The translations under genes and the position numbers were made by a program. Shown piece after piece: positions 31,901 through 43,539 of a stretch of DNA of 64,000 bases; position 1 is the stretch's first letter; each line of letters opens with the position of its first letter. Where the stretch lies: positions 24,068,954-24,132,953 of the forward strand of contig CP154954.1 in the NCBI GenBank assembly GCA_039621445.1, in the 5' to 3' direction. This DNA comes from Euglena gracilis (Eukaryota). A model generated the notes under the pieces. The model was not told the origin of the DNA, ran no database searches, and saw nothing but the letters and a program-made list of their open reading frames with translations.

Positions 31901-34249
31901 ATGGCCCCAGAGAAAAGTCGAAAAGATCGCCAGTCCATGGTTTGGACCCTACAAAGTTGTTCAAGTGCACTACAACTCTTTGCAAATTTTGGCATCTCCA
32001 TCATTGGGAGGTTTGGTGAAAGTTTCGTTCTCCCAAGTGAAACACTGGAGTTCTGTCCATGACCCACACAATGACACTTCGTTTTTGTCAGAGGAGTGTG
32101 AGGAATTTGATGGTGCACAAACCCCTGCTTCATTCACAGGTCACACACACGACCGAGGAACAGGCGGCGAACAGCGAGGCGCAAGCGACGCACACAGAGG
32201 CGCACGCGACGAACGCACGACAAAACCAGAACACGACAAGAACAAGGCCAGAACAGGAAACGCGAGGCGAAAGGCCCAGAACAGCCGAACGAGCACGCGA
32301 CGCACGGCCGAGCGCACGCGACGAACCCCCAGAAAGACCAGAAGGACCCAACCCCCAGAAAGACCAGTTTTCTTCTAATTTTCCCTCTCAGATGGTTACC
32401 AGAAGTAAGGCCCGAGGGCCAGAATCAAGTTTCAATTCAAAGAATTCAAATTTTGGAGTTGGTCGACCCAGAGGTGAATCGAAGAGAATTTGGCAGAAAA
32501 AGTCGGAGTTTGAGAAGGACAACCTGGAGGAGAGTGGTCCAGATGGACCTTTGCAGCAGGCTGCTGCAGAAGCTGCTGATCACCTTGAAGTTGATGTTCA
32601 AAATGTTGATGATCTTGCTGTTCAACTTCCACAAGATGAACTTCAACATGATGGTGTTCTGGGGCCTGTGGCCCCAACACTGCAGCCCAGTGCTGCAGAT
32701 TCTGTGCCTGTTTTCCTAGTTTCACAGTCAGAACCAGAAAAAGTCAGCAGTTTTGCTTCAGAATGTGTTTCAGATTTGCCCAAAACAGCCAGACAGTTTT
32801 CAGAAATGGAGGCTGCAAAAATGGGTTTTTACAATGTTGAAGCCATTTTGGATCACAAGTTCAGAAATGGTTGGAGGTTTCTGACAAAGTGGGAGAATTA
32901 CCCAGTGCATTCATCAACATGGGGACCAGTCAGAAGTTTCATTTTGCCAGGTGGAAGAATGAACTCAGTTTTTCAGAATTACATTCATGACAGTGGTTTG
33001 CAAGAGGTTTTGAAGAAAGTGCAGAAGAATGTGAATACCCAACCCAGTCCAGTTTTCACAGTCAAACTGTTTCCATGAAATTTGGTGCCTTGGGCATCAG
33101 AAACTGACCCCAGCATGCACAACCAGCCAAGAAAGCAGAATAACCCCTCTCTTTTCTAAGTGCCAGCCCAGCTGCTGAGAAGGAGGATGTCTGGGTGCAG
33201 AAGCCACAGGGCCAAGAGGCACTTAGGTCTTGCACCTAAGAGTGGAATCAGCCTGAATTCGAATGCCATTTTGGCCAGGCCATGATTCTACCATCAGGTT
33301 CGCCAGCACCAGACCACAAACCACAACAAGTCATCTGATCATCTTCATCATCATGTTCTTCTTCATCATGATCATTTTTCAGAAGCTGTTGTTGTTCACC
33401 ATTTTGATGAAGATAGAGCTGTCGTTCTTCATTTTGATGTTCGCTGACTTTGGTGTTCTTTGTCTTGATGTTCACTGTTGGACATGTTGTTCACGGTTCC
33501 GTCTGGAATTTCAGAATGATGTTTGATTATGGCTTTTCCCAGTTTTTGTGTGAGAGAGAAAGGCCAGAGAGAGAGCAAACGGGAAAGAGAAAGAAAACCC
33601 CCCCACAGCCACAAACGACACAAGCTGGCTGGTGTAAAAAGTTTTTGATTTCTCTTCCACTGCCCCCTGACCAAAAAAAAAACAACAAAAAAGTGAACAA
33701 TTGATGCCGCTTTTACGGCCCACGTTCACGAGTCCAAAAAAAAAAAGACCCTCGCCTGAGAATTCAGTCAAGTCTTTTGAGCCCGCTTTTTGTGTGCTTG
33801 GTGGGCTTTGCTTCACCAAGGGGGGGGATTGAAAAGGTGGCTTTGGCTACCTTCCCCCCCCCCCTGACCTCCCTGGGCAGTGGATGAAAGAGACCCCCTT
33901 TGCTCATAAAAGAAAGGTGCAAGAACCTGACTTCACAATTGGCCCATGTGTCCTTCATGGGGGGGGGGCTTCCACAAAGGAGTCTTCCCCAACGCCCCTC
34001 CCAAACCGCCCAACCACATTCTCTACTGATTCTTACTGTGACGTTCCTGACTTTTTGGTGTACATATGTCTCACCTTTCTGCACAGGCTGGCCTTGGTGC
34101 TTTGTTAAACAATGTGTTTTATGCTTGTGGATTGGAAGTAAAAGTGCCACGAAGGAGGATTTGGAAAAAGGTCGAGAGAGAGGAGAGTTCAAAAAAAAAG
34201 AAGGATTCTACGCAAGCTTAGTCCAAGAAGAAGGACAAAAAGCTTTACA
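25931..34249 (+). mobile_element. Gypsy-Dam-chromodomain element, copy 3, inserted in CRE-1
   Basis: LTRs 25931-26347 and 33830-34249; TSD CAAAC (25926-25930 / 34250-34254); PBS 26350-26360; PPT before 33830. Confidence 0.97.
26658..33078 (+). pseudogene. Gypsy copy 3 polyprotein (least disrupted)
   Basis: ORFs starting at 26658, 27849, 29004 and 29661 share one frame, separated by stops at 27759, 28983 and 29616. One extra base near 32238 shifts the chromodomain. NPPF at 28455-28466. Confidence 0.93.
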
Positions 34250-34254
34250 CAAAC

Positions 34255-35155
34255 CCGGCTGGGCGACGCCTTTGAACCAGTTCGGAAATGGATCGGGAGC
34301 GATGCGTTGTGCCCCGAGGACACTTCCCACCATGACCAAGCTTGGTGGAGTGAACAGCTACGGCTGGCCGCACGCCCGGCATTTCTGTCCGCTCTCAATG
34401 ATCGGGACCGGATTCGCTTTGAGCATCAACATAATTCTATCTGCTCGAGCTGGATCGGGGCCCGCCCATCCAAGGCGGCCGGGTTTGCCGTTGACGGAGC
34501 GTCTTTCCGCCTCATGCTAAAATGGCACCTAGGGTTGCCCATCATCCCCCTCAGTCTTGCCGGTTCCCCCTGCCCCCTCGGCTGCGGACAGGTCGTTGAC
34601 CCTTTTGGTTACCACGCCATGTGCTGCCACAAGAACAAATTGTGGGAACGTCACCATCGGGTACAGCACTTCCTGGGGACCCAGGTGCAGGCACGAGGTA
34701 TCCCGCATGCTCTGGAGATCTCGGTGGCCGCTGACCAGAAACGGGATGCGGACATCTTCCTTCCCCACTGGTCCGGCGATGCGTCCTGGGCCATTGATGT
34801 CGGCATCAACCACCCCTCCCCGCCCAGTGCCAGTTGGAGCCTCCCCGCCTGGTGGGAATTACTCCGCAGCAGAGCCCTTAAGAAAACCGCCAAATACGGA
34901 GGCCGCTGCCAAACCCGAGGTGCGCGGTTCTCCCCCATGATCCTCAGCGTATGGGGTTCCTTTGGGGGAGATGGCCAACGCGTATGGGAGGAACTACGGC
35001 AACGTCTTGGCGCCACTGCCTCCGGTGGCGCCCGGAATGTCTTCCTGGCTGAGCTACAACAGGGTCGGTCCTTGGCCCTGTTCTCTGGGGTGGCCACCCA
35101 ACTTGGGGCCCTCCTCATAACCAAGGAACTGGGTCACACCGTTGCTGCCTTCTGA
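34255..35155 (+). pseudogene. CRE-1 ORF part 4: CCHC knuckle and restriction-like endonuclease
   Basis: CPLGC...DPFGYHAMCC, ERHHRV, RDADIF...AIDVGI...KKTAKY, FSPMILSVWGSFG. Confidence 0.9.
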
Positions 35156-35460
35156 GCACGGCACCCTCCGCTCCCGGGTTTCCATACGCCCTGGCTCCTC
35201 ACGCTCCGTCCAATGATAATGGACATGGCTTCGGCCGGGCATTGAGCTTGCCACCCCGTTCCCCACTACACTGCCCCTCTCGCCGCACATCCTTCCCTCC
35301 ACCCCCTCCCCTCCCTCCCTCCCCACGCAGGGGACTGGCTACCTACACAGCGCCGTTCACTTGTCACCTAACCCCTACAACCTCTGCTTCTACCGCCGCC
35401 ATTCCCTTCTGTCTTCATGTGCGCACCCTGACTTTCCATGGGGCTTCCCCATCTGTTCAC

Positions 35461-35535
35461 TAGCCTTCCCCCCTGAACACCTCAAATCCAGTAGGCTGCG
35501 CCACTGGTCGGTGGATTTGGTTCGCCCCACCACCG
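35461..35535 (+). other. Conserved structured 3'-terminal motif of CRE-1
   Basis: Roughly 90% identical by eye to the reverse complement of 35851-35923. Stems ccagt-a-ggc/gcc-actgg and cggtgg/ccaccg. Confidence 0.7.
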
Positions 35536-35850
35536 CAGTAAAAAGATTCAATTCATTCGGGGGGTTATTTGTTTTCAATTCAAGGTGTTCACAGAACTCA
35601 CGGTGGGTAGCACTGCTTCACCCAAACCGTGCCCCGGGCCCAGGGAAACGTCTCTTTTGGCCCTCGCCACAAGAGGAACCCCCTTGTGACTCCCTGTGCC
35701 GCCACAGGTCGCGGGTAGCTTATAATGTGGGTGTAATGTACAAAAGATTGATGAGATATACTTGGTCAGGGTGCGGAGGTCAGTGGTTAGCGGAAGATGA
35801 GCAAAGGTCACCTTGTTATTTGTCTGTCTTATAAGTGATAAAAGCGAAAA

Positions 35851-35923
35851 CGGTGGTGGGGCGAGCCGAGTCCACCGACCAGTGGCACAGCCTACTGGAT
35901 TTGAGTGTTCAGGGGGAGGGCTA
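35851..35923 (-). other. Conserved structured 3'-terminal motif of CRE-2
   Basis: Homologous to 35461-35535. Confidence 0.7.
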
Positions 35924-36371
35924 TATACAGAAGCGGAAGCAGCGGCCAGTCTGAGGTACAGGTGAGGGCGTGTAAAGTCGAGCAGTCTTGGTAGCAGGGA
36001 AGACGGAGGGGCGAGGGGAAACTTGGCGGATGTTGTGTGAGGAGCGTTGGGGGGTGAGGGGCGGGGGGCGTGGTGGCTGGTGTGTGTGTGTGTTTGTGTT
36101 TTGTGTGTGCTTGTGGTTTTTTTTTTGGAGGGATGGGATGGGAGAGTGGTTGGTCAAATTGCTCACTCCGTTTCATATGGGCTATGGGTGGTGGGATCCA
36201 CCGCTCCAGATGGCTCCGCCACTGTTCCTCAAGCCAGCTGGCGGGCCACTTCTCTTGCCAATGTGAGACACAGGTTGTTGATGGTTGGGTATTGTTGTTT
36301 ACTTTTTGACGAGTTGTGGATGGTTTTAGGACAATTGTTTGTTCTGGGTCTAGGGATCGTAGTGGTCTTCT

Positions 36372-38790
36372 TTACAGACAATACGGCTGGTGTATGGTGT
36401 TGGTAACTTCTGGATCTGTGTCGTTGCCTGCATACCGTCCCCAGATTACTTGTCGCGCGATCTCTCGCGCAACAGTTATTGATAGAAGTTGCCATGTGTT
36501 GGCTTCAGTTTTGCGTTTTGACCATGCATCTTGTTGACCGAGGAGAAGTTTCATCAGTGTTGACATTAAGGTTAGCGCTTCTTGGCCTAGGCCGCCATAG
36601 CAGTCAACAACAAATGGAATGCAGGTCCATCCCATCCTCCTACAGGTGGCGTCATATTTTGAATGTTTTTCCTTCTCTTGGCGTTCATACCATTCGGTTA
36701 GTTCAGCTGTGTCACGCAACGGTCTGTACGGTGCTGCTGTGTGTCTCATTGTGATATCCACTGCTCCAGGACCATTGGCGTCAAGTCTGCTGATGAGGAC
36801 ATCGCCCGGGCGTGTTCTCTCTGGACCTCCTTGTTCTTTTTTTGCTGTAAACCCTGCATCATGTGCCAGTTGGAACACAAAGTCCTGGATTGCACCATGT
36901 CGCCGCGTGATGCCATTTGAGCTGCATCATACAAGGTGATTACCCAGGTTGTCCATTGGCTTGGTGCAGCGTGGGCACGTTGATCCCGTTGGTGGACAAA
37001 CTGGTGCTCCCAGTGACCACTTTAGAAATCCTTTGAATTCGGCAGAAGCGACCAATGTTTTCAGTCCACAGGATGGTGTGACAGAAGCCCAGGCCATTGT
37101 GTGGGGCCGCTGTTGGCTTGCGAACCGGACGGCGTCTTGACCGTGAAGGTTGGAGGATAATACCTTTTACCGTTGTTTCGCAAAGCACTCACCCCACCAC
37201 TTCTTTTGAATGTGAGGGCTTTGGGCTCCGTTCAGGAGTGATACATCCGCGGCCCATGTTTGCGTTGGGGGAGTTCCTTCGGGGATGGAGTTGGCAGAGG
37301 ACAGGCACTCCGCAGTGTCTTTCGGTACTCCTCGGTCTGCCAGGCCAAAGGTGCGTCTGCCATTGCTGACAAACGTCACAATGCCGGATATACGTGCCGG
37401 GAGACGTTCCAGCGATGGGTCCCGAATTCCGAGTCCGCCATGACGCACGGGCAGGGTGGCCTGAGCCCATTGGTTGTCATCGATTGGGGATCCAACAATG
37501 TTGCTCATTGTGTTCCTGATTTCTTTGGTCAACAGTGCACATGCGTCATTTGCCTGCCCCAGTTCTGTTGCACGCATGAGGTCATTAACTTTGCATGCAT
37601 CTAGGCATGATCGTAAGAGGCAGAACTGAATATGGGCTTGCGGCAGGTTCAAAAGGGCCCGGCAAGCTTTCTGCACACCTGTTGCACGTTCAGCCCACAC
37701 TTCCCCCGCAAAGCCACCGCTTTGTGGATGGCAAACCGAGATTCCCAGGGCCCGTATACCAGAATCGGGGGGGTAGTTCACGATTGGGACTGCACGAAGT
37801 GGGCTGTTTGGCGGCATTTCAGCACGATTGGCTTCTGTTGCTGCAGGGCCCCACATGCGGCATTTTTTTGTGTTGAGGTGTATGCCTAGTAGCGTCCCCT
37901 GTCGTTGAATTTCTGTAATTGCTGCATGTAATTGTGGGAGGGTTCCCAGGATGTGTCCATCATCCAAATACCACAATTGCAGTGGCACCACGTCTTGCAA
38001 GGACTCAACGAGAGATTGCAACGCCAAGGCGAATCCGGCTGGGCCACAAGGGTCACCTTGTTGTACGCCAGAGGCACTGCGAAGGTGTGATGACCCACAA
38101 AAGAGCGGGCTGTGTTCGGCGTAGCAGCTCTCGAACCAAACGTACGCCTCCGGGCAGCGTTTAGCCACTTCAGCAAGGACTGTCTTTCTTTTTACGCAAT
38201 TAAAAGCATTGCTGAAATCTACCTGTAACAAAGCCCAGGTGCTGTCCTGTTGCATGCGCAGGTGATTTACTTCTTGCTGAAGTCCCATAGCAATGAGTTC
38301 ACATGCCCCCTGGACCCCTACACCGCACTGTAGTGGCTGCAGTTCTTTAAGGCGGTCCCTGATTTTGGGGTGCCTCATCAAATATTTGCCCACCAATCGG
38401 CGCAGGCATTCCCCAGCCGCAATTGGTCGCGTGCCATCCTTCTTTGGGTCATGAATGGGGTTGGTATTGCCAAGCTCATCAAGGTTTTCGCTTGGATTGC
38501 AGGGTTTTCGAAGAGGAGTCAAACGGGCACCAGCGAAAATCCATGCCGCAGAGTTGTGGATTCCGTTTGTCAAACATGTTCGGACGAATTGGTCCAAAAT
38601 TGTGAGGAGTTGTTCTGATTGTGTCCCCAGGGGATCAGAGAGCATGTCTTTAAGATGATCTGGCCGAAGTCCGGACGGTCCTGGTGAGGACTCCTTCGGG
38701 AAAGACATGACTGCTTTCAGTATTTCAATTAGGCGCTCCCTGGTTGCATCTTCACTCAGGTCGAATTCGAGGCGAGGGAAGTACGGAGGC
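36372..38790 (-). pseudogene. CRE-2 RT-CCHC-RLE ORF (disrupted)
   Basis: SSPGPSGLRPDHL, RPIAAGECLRR, LQVDFSNAFN, GVQQGDP, WYLDDG; CPRC...DNLGNHLV*C, RRH, RPGDV...AVDIT...KHSKY. Frameshift near 37180 and a TGA in the knuckle. Confidence 0.9.
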
Positions 38791-39574
38791 AGATTTTGCC
38801 TTCCAGGTTGTCTGTCTTGTTATTTGTCTGGGTCGCGCAGATTAACCAAGATCAAGGTGTGAGGCTATTCTTATTTTTTTAAGTTTTCTTATTTTTTTGC
38901 GGAATTATTTTTTTTGCATCTGCGTCGTCAGTGGAACCTTTTTGGCCCATGTTTTTTTCTTCGAGAAGTTGTGGAAACATTCATGGAAGACAATTGTCTG
39001 TTGACACCCCATTTGGGGGGGGTGGCGTTCAATGTGCGTTGTCCTCCATTGGGGATGGGCCAAAATTTGGCCACTTTTTCAAAAAAAAATATGAAAAGAG
39101 TCACTTTTTTTTGGCAGTTTTTTTGGGTCGGGATGGAGATTTTTAAAGTTTTTTTTAAGTTGGAAAAATCAGCACAATTGTTTTTGGGCCATTTTGGGCG
39201 TCAAAGAATTTTTGTGACCCCCTGGGAGCCATGGCACGTGCAGTGCATGGGGGGGGGGGTGGCAAATGGGGTCAAACGGCGCGCCTGGTCCCCACAGTTT
39301 GGGTCAGCCATGTTGATCCAAAATTATTGGCGCAAAGTTTCAGAATTTTTTGAGTAATGTGAAAACCCCAGCCCCCCCCCCCCCCAGGGGATGGGGTTCA
39401 GGGGGTGCTGACTCAAAACGTGTCGGAAATTTCCAGTTCCAGTCGGTTTCACCTGACTCAACCTGACCCAAAAACCTTCAAATATTTTTTGGCCAAGAAC
39501 CCCCCCCCCCCGCTTCCATTCAAGGATGTTGTTTCCTTCACTGAATTTTGACGCCATTCGTCGGAAAGGATGGC

Positions 39575-39591
39575 TGTCTTTTTTTTTCCAG
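39575..39591 (+). promoter_or_regulatory. Polypyrimidine tract + AG, candidate spliced-leader trans-splice acceptor
   Basis: tgtctttttttttccag ending 5 nt before ATG 39597. An upstream cis-intron acceptor cannot be excluded. Confidence 0.5.
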
Positions 39592-39596
39592 GTGAG

Positions 39597-39966
39597 ATGG
39601 CTTTCACCGCAAAGCGTGAGCATCACCCAGCATTGCCCCTATACCTTTTAACTAACGCTCTTCTCTTCCTTGCCATCCTCCTTGGATTCATCGCACTGTT
39701 TGTGCCTTGGGCTCAAAAAGACGTCGCTGTTGGTTATCGTGCTTTTTCGTACCCATTCAAGACGTGCTATGTGCCAACAACCAGTCCAGTGCATCAAGAA
39801 ACTTGCATGGACAATGACTTTATTGCTGGCCCAAAGGGAGCTCCTGTGACAGCCGGTGACGCCACTTGCAAGACATTCATCATCACTGCTATCGCCCTGG
39901 GATTTTGCGGAGTGTTTGGTGGATTTTTGGTTTTCTTGTTTCTGATCTGGGTGATCGTCAGGCTTT
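39597..39966 (+). CDS. Exon 1 of a 251-aa tetraspan membrane protein (claudin/PMP22/amastin-like)
   Basis: TM1 ending ALFVPW, Cys-containing loop YPFKTC...TC...TC, TM2 FIITAIALGFCGVFGGFLVFLFLIWVIV. Confidence 0.8.
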
Positions 39967-41233
39967 GGGCAGGCTATTCCCTGCAAGGGACAGGAGCAAC
40001 TCATTCGGACTGTTCCGTTGGTTGATACTCGGAAGTGCATCAACTCCGTTAGTCAATCGGGTATTTGTTCACTGCTCGACCCCCACCCAAAATTTTTCAA
40101 GTCGTCGGGTTATTTGAAGGAGTAGGGTTAGGGCGACATGGCCATGCTCGACGCCCCTTCGACGCCTCACACGCGTCCCCCATGTTTTTAGCCCCAGTTG
40201 GGCAGCTCTTTGGGTTCGCTGGAGACACCAATCTAACAACGTTGAGCGGGAAATGTTCTGCTGTTTGCATAAGAATTGTAACCCCAACCCTGCTCCTTCA
40301 AAGAACGTCAGAAAATCTTTTTGGCCACGGGAAAACACCATCAGCAAACTTTTTTGCCTTTGGTTGGACTGGCGGGGATGCCCCCCCCCCGCACCATACA
40401 TACCATAATAGCCCTTCTTTATGTTCCACAGGGTTTGGCAAGGGTCTGGATGTTTCTGAAATGGAAAACTACAGAAGTCGTTTCAATCGACCACATGGTC
40501 GGCCTGACCACCATTTGGGGGGTGTTACCCCCGCGTCCCCCCCCCGTCCCCCCCCCTCCGCGTCCCCCCCACCCCCCCACGTCCCGGATTTTGGCCGGGC
40601 ACGTTTTTTCGACCAAAGGAAAATTACATACCGGAGGGGAAAAAATTGGATGCCGAAATAATTGATTGGGAAAAAATTGGCGTACAGAAATCCTGCCAAA
40701 TTTTTCCGGGCCTTTTTTGAAAATCCTGCCTCAAAATTTTGAAAATCACCCTTTTCCCAGTCATCTTGCATACAAAACCTGCCAATTTTTTCCGGGCCGT
40801 TTTCAGGTTTGGCACCAATTTTTTCGGCTTCCAATTTTGTCGGGTCTAATTTTATCTAGCTTCAATTCCCCCCCCCCCCCCGGTACAAATTTGGGTGACG
40901 CCAAAGAAAACGTGTGGGGGTGGTTGGTTGGGCCACGGTTCCCCCCCCCGGGTCCCATAACTGATGCCCCCCTTCTGAAGCAGCCAAAACGGGCAGGCAC
41001 ATTGAGCAATTTTGAAATTTTAAAGTTCCTGAGAAAGCCAATCCCCTGAACGTCCAAGTGCAATGAAATTTGGAAGGTGAAATAGGGCTCCGATTCCACG
41101 TCCATACGTCCATACAAAGTTTGGCCAGTTTTGGACATGGGGGGTCATTATGGGGGGTGTAAATTGACAGGGCGCCGGGCAATGCACGCGCGTTGCCTTG
41201 CTGCTTCTTTCCTTTTGTGAGTTGCCTGGTGCT
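39967..41233 (+). other. Euglenid-type non-conventional intron 1
   Basis: T|GGG CAG GCTATTC ... GAGTTGC CTG GTGCT|G. CAG at +4..+6, CTG at -8..-6, complementary ends; the join gives in-frame L-W-Y-R. Confidence 0.8.
40631..40883. mobile_element. Short TIR element flanked by TA (Tc1/mariner-like MITE); related sequence at ~3500-3660
   Basis: ta|ccggagggg...aattg / caattcccc...ccgg|ta. Internal tttgaaaatcctgcctcaaaa...ggtttggcaccaattttttcggctt is shared with 3530-3640. Confidence 0.55.
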
Positions 41234-41454
41234 GGTATCGCCCCATCAAATCTGCCATTGGTGCACAGATCTGCATCATTCTTGCTTGCATCTGCTGTGC
41301 ATTGTGTTGGATACTTTTCATCTGCTATGCCGAACGCACGTGCCGACCCTACACAATCTTCCCTGTGAAGGGTTATTCTTATGGGTTCATCCTCTTTATA
41401 TTTGCAACAGCGCTGTCCCTCGCCTCGGTTGTGACAGGTTTCATGGCCTTGATG
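41234..41454 (+). CDS. Exon 2 of the tetraspan protein (TM3-TM4)
   Basis: YRPIKSAIGAQICIILACICCALCWILFICYA...GYSYGFILFIFATALSLASVVTGFMALM. Confidence 0.8.
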
Positions 41455-42358
41455 GATCAGGGGCTGGAGCACCGCCTTAAGATTGCAAGCTAACCCCCCC
41501 CCCCAAATAACCTGGCGGGGTGCCAGGTTATTGGAACCAACTTTTGTCCCCCCCCCTGAGCATCATAAAGGAATTTTGCCTATAAAGGGGGGTGCCAAGT
41601 TACTGGAACCATATTTTTTGCCCTTCCCCCCGCCAAGTTATTCGACCCCTGCCACGAGCAAGGACCCCGCCAGGTTATTTGGGGATATTTTTTGCCAGTG
41701 TTTCTGAATTTTTATTTGTTGGCCCAAGCATGCAGTCACTAAACATCATTGGCAGGTGGCCGACGATCCCCCTCACAGGAACAAGAACATGGGGGGGACA
41801 GGCTGCTTCCTTTTTTTTTCATTTACCGCGGAGTACCCAAGGTGATTCCAGGCAAGACATCCAAAGGCCTTTTTAAAAAACTCAGAAGCCCCTCCCCCCC
41901 GAGAAGGATGGGTGGGCAGGCTTGGGAACTGCCCCTCGGGGGGGGGGTGGGGGGACTCAGGGTGCCAGTCCCTTTTCCCGGAGTGTCATGGCTACCTTAT
42001 ATATGTTTGCCCCAAGCCCAAATATTTTTGCCACCCGTCCCTGGTATTTTTGCCACCCCATCTAAATATTTTCGCCTCCCGTGTACACCTTTCTGCCCCC
42101 TGTTCCTTTTTTTTTGCCCCAAAGAGCCACAATGTCCAGTCAAAATGTTTCTGATTCCAGAGCCAGAGGCAGGTTGAAAGGGCATTACAATTTGCTGAAT
42201 GTTGAACACCATTTCTGCTGCATATCAGCAGCGATTTTTTTTACTCAAAGCAGCCTGATTTCTATACAAAAACCGACCGACACAAACAGATTCAGCAGGG
42301 ACGCCGGGCGCGAGCGAAGCGAGCGATTCAGCGCCCCTGCTGAATCGGTCGATTTTTC

Positions 42359-43411
42359 TAAAACCTATTTTGTCTGGGCCCGACGCCTGTCTTGAAATTC
42401 ATTCAACCGAACCGCCTGGACGGAAATATGGCCAAAAAAGTGGTTTTTGGCCCATTGACGGGCGCCTGAATGGAAACCGTTAGACATAAACGGGCGCCTG
42501 AATGGGAATCGACCGACATAAACGGGCGCCTGAATGGAAATCGACTGACATAAACGGATTCCGATGTCATGGAAATCGACCAACCTTTTGTGTGCTTTTC
42601 TGAATGCTTTTTTGTTCCATTTTGGGACATTGTCAATTTCAGCCTGAAGTCCGTTAATGTCGACCTTTTTTCTCATTTTTCTGAATACTTTTTTCTTCCA
42701 TTTTGACAGAATAGAATAATAACAATAGAAATTCCAACACAGGCGTGGAGCCCAGAAAACAGGCTAGTTTTAACAGTTGCCACCCCTCACCAGAAAGCTT
42801 TTCTTTCAGACGACCAACGATGACAACTGAATCGGGCCAAAAAATGATAATCTTAAGTTCCGTCCTTCCGTCCGTTCCATCCAAAATTCAGCCAGCTGTG
42901 ATCACCTGACCCCCCCCTCCAAAAAAATTCATCCAAATATGAAGGAAAATGACTCGAAACCCACCCAAATGCCTTCCAAAACCCCCAACCTGACCACCAT
43001 TGGTCAGTAGCCATGGTCGCTAGCGACCATGGCATGGTCACTAGTCGCTAGCGACCATGGTCGCTAGGGACCAGTCGCTAGCGACGACCAAAAAATATAT
43101 CACCAATTTCCCGCAATCAGTCGCAAAATTTGTTTTTTTGTCTGGTTCATAACGCCTCCAGAACCCCACAGGACCAAAAATGTCGAAAAAATAGGGAAAT
43201 CCAAAATGTCCAAAAGTCACTAAAAATTCCCAATCAGCAACAGATTTCAATGGAATGGAAATCGACCGACATAAACTGGCGCCTGAATGGAAATCGACCG
43301 ACATAAACGGGCGCCTGAATGGAAATCGACTGACATAAACAATTTCAGGCTGAAATCCGTTAATGTCAGCAGAATTTCAAGACAGGCGTCGGGCCCAGAA
43401 AATAGGTTTTA
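42359..43411. mobile_element. Non-autonomous TIR element with ~32-bp internal tandem repeats
   Basis: ~40-bp TIRs taaaacctatttt.tctgggcccgacgcctgtcttgaaattc and its inverse. aaacgggcgcctgaatggaaatcgaccgacat repeats at ~42460-42560 and ~43255-43340. Confidence 0.7.
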
Positions 43412-43539
43412 ACTGGTTTTCGCTTTTGGGTGGGAAAAAAACCGAGATGCTTACAGAGCTGTGAAAACTTCTCTTCGCCCTCCTGTGGCCTTTTTTTGTT
43501 TCAGATTTCCAGATCAGATTTCATTACATTTGTTTCAAC

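Larger units (their letters stand above)
541..35560 (+). mobile_element. CRE-clade (RLE-type) non-LTR retrotransposon 'CRE-1', ~4 kb net, split into four pieces (~541-2571, 4045-4110, 25288-25930, 34255-~35560)
   Basis: Removing each insertion plus one copy of its duplicated site rejoins one frame: LLATP|GRGNSFWYLDDGSILSDVVKAH|RALTGLHHGLGQLGCSLNFTKT...SGLQT|RLGDAFEPVRKW. Domain order is N-terminal C2H2, RT, CCHC, restriction-like endonuclease. Outer boundaries are approximate and no TSD was found. Confidence 0.9.
35827..38815 (-). mobile_element. Second CRE-clade non-LTR retrotransposon 'CRE-2', 5'-truncated
   Basis: 15-bp TSD cttgttatttgtctg (35812-35826 / 38816-38830); RT, CCHC and RLE on the minus strand; 3' UTR with CA repeats. 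Confidence 0.88.

Noticed and set aside
33248-33526. Possible extra (env-like or antisense) ORF before the PPT
   Set aside because: Frames and lengths are not conserved among the three copies; low-complexity ATC/TTC sequence.
35536-35826. Spliced-leader RNA gene as the CRE target site
   Set aside because: No recognisable euglenid SL exon sequence flanks either CRE element.
41161-41233. Canonical AG at 41169-41170 as the exon 2 acceptor
   Set aside because: The TM3-TM4 frame has TGA at 41218-41220 downstream of it; the non-conventional border at 41233 fits both frame and pairing.
42289-42346. Hairpin gattcagcaggg...ccctgctgaatc around gcgagcgaagcgagcg as a terminator or Helitron end
   Set aside because: A single small palindrome next to a MITE, with no CTRR end or other support.
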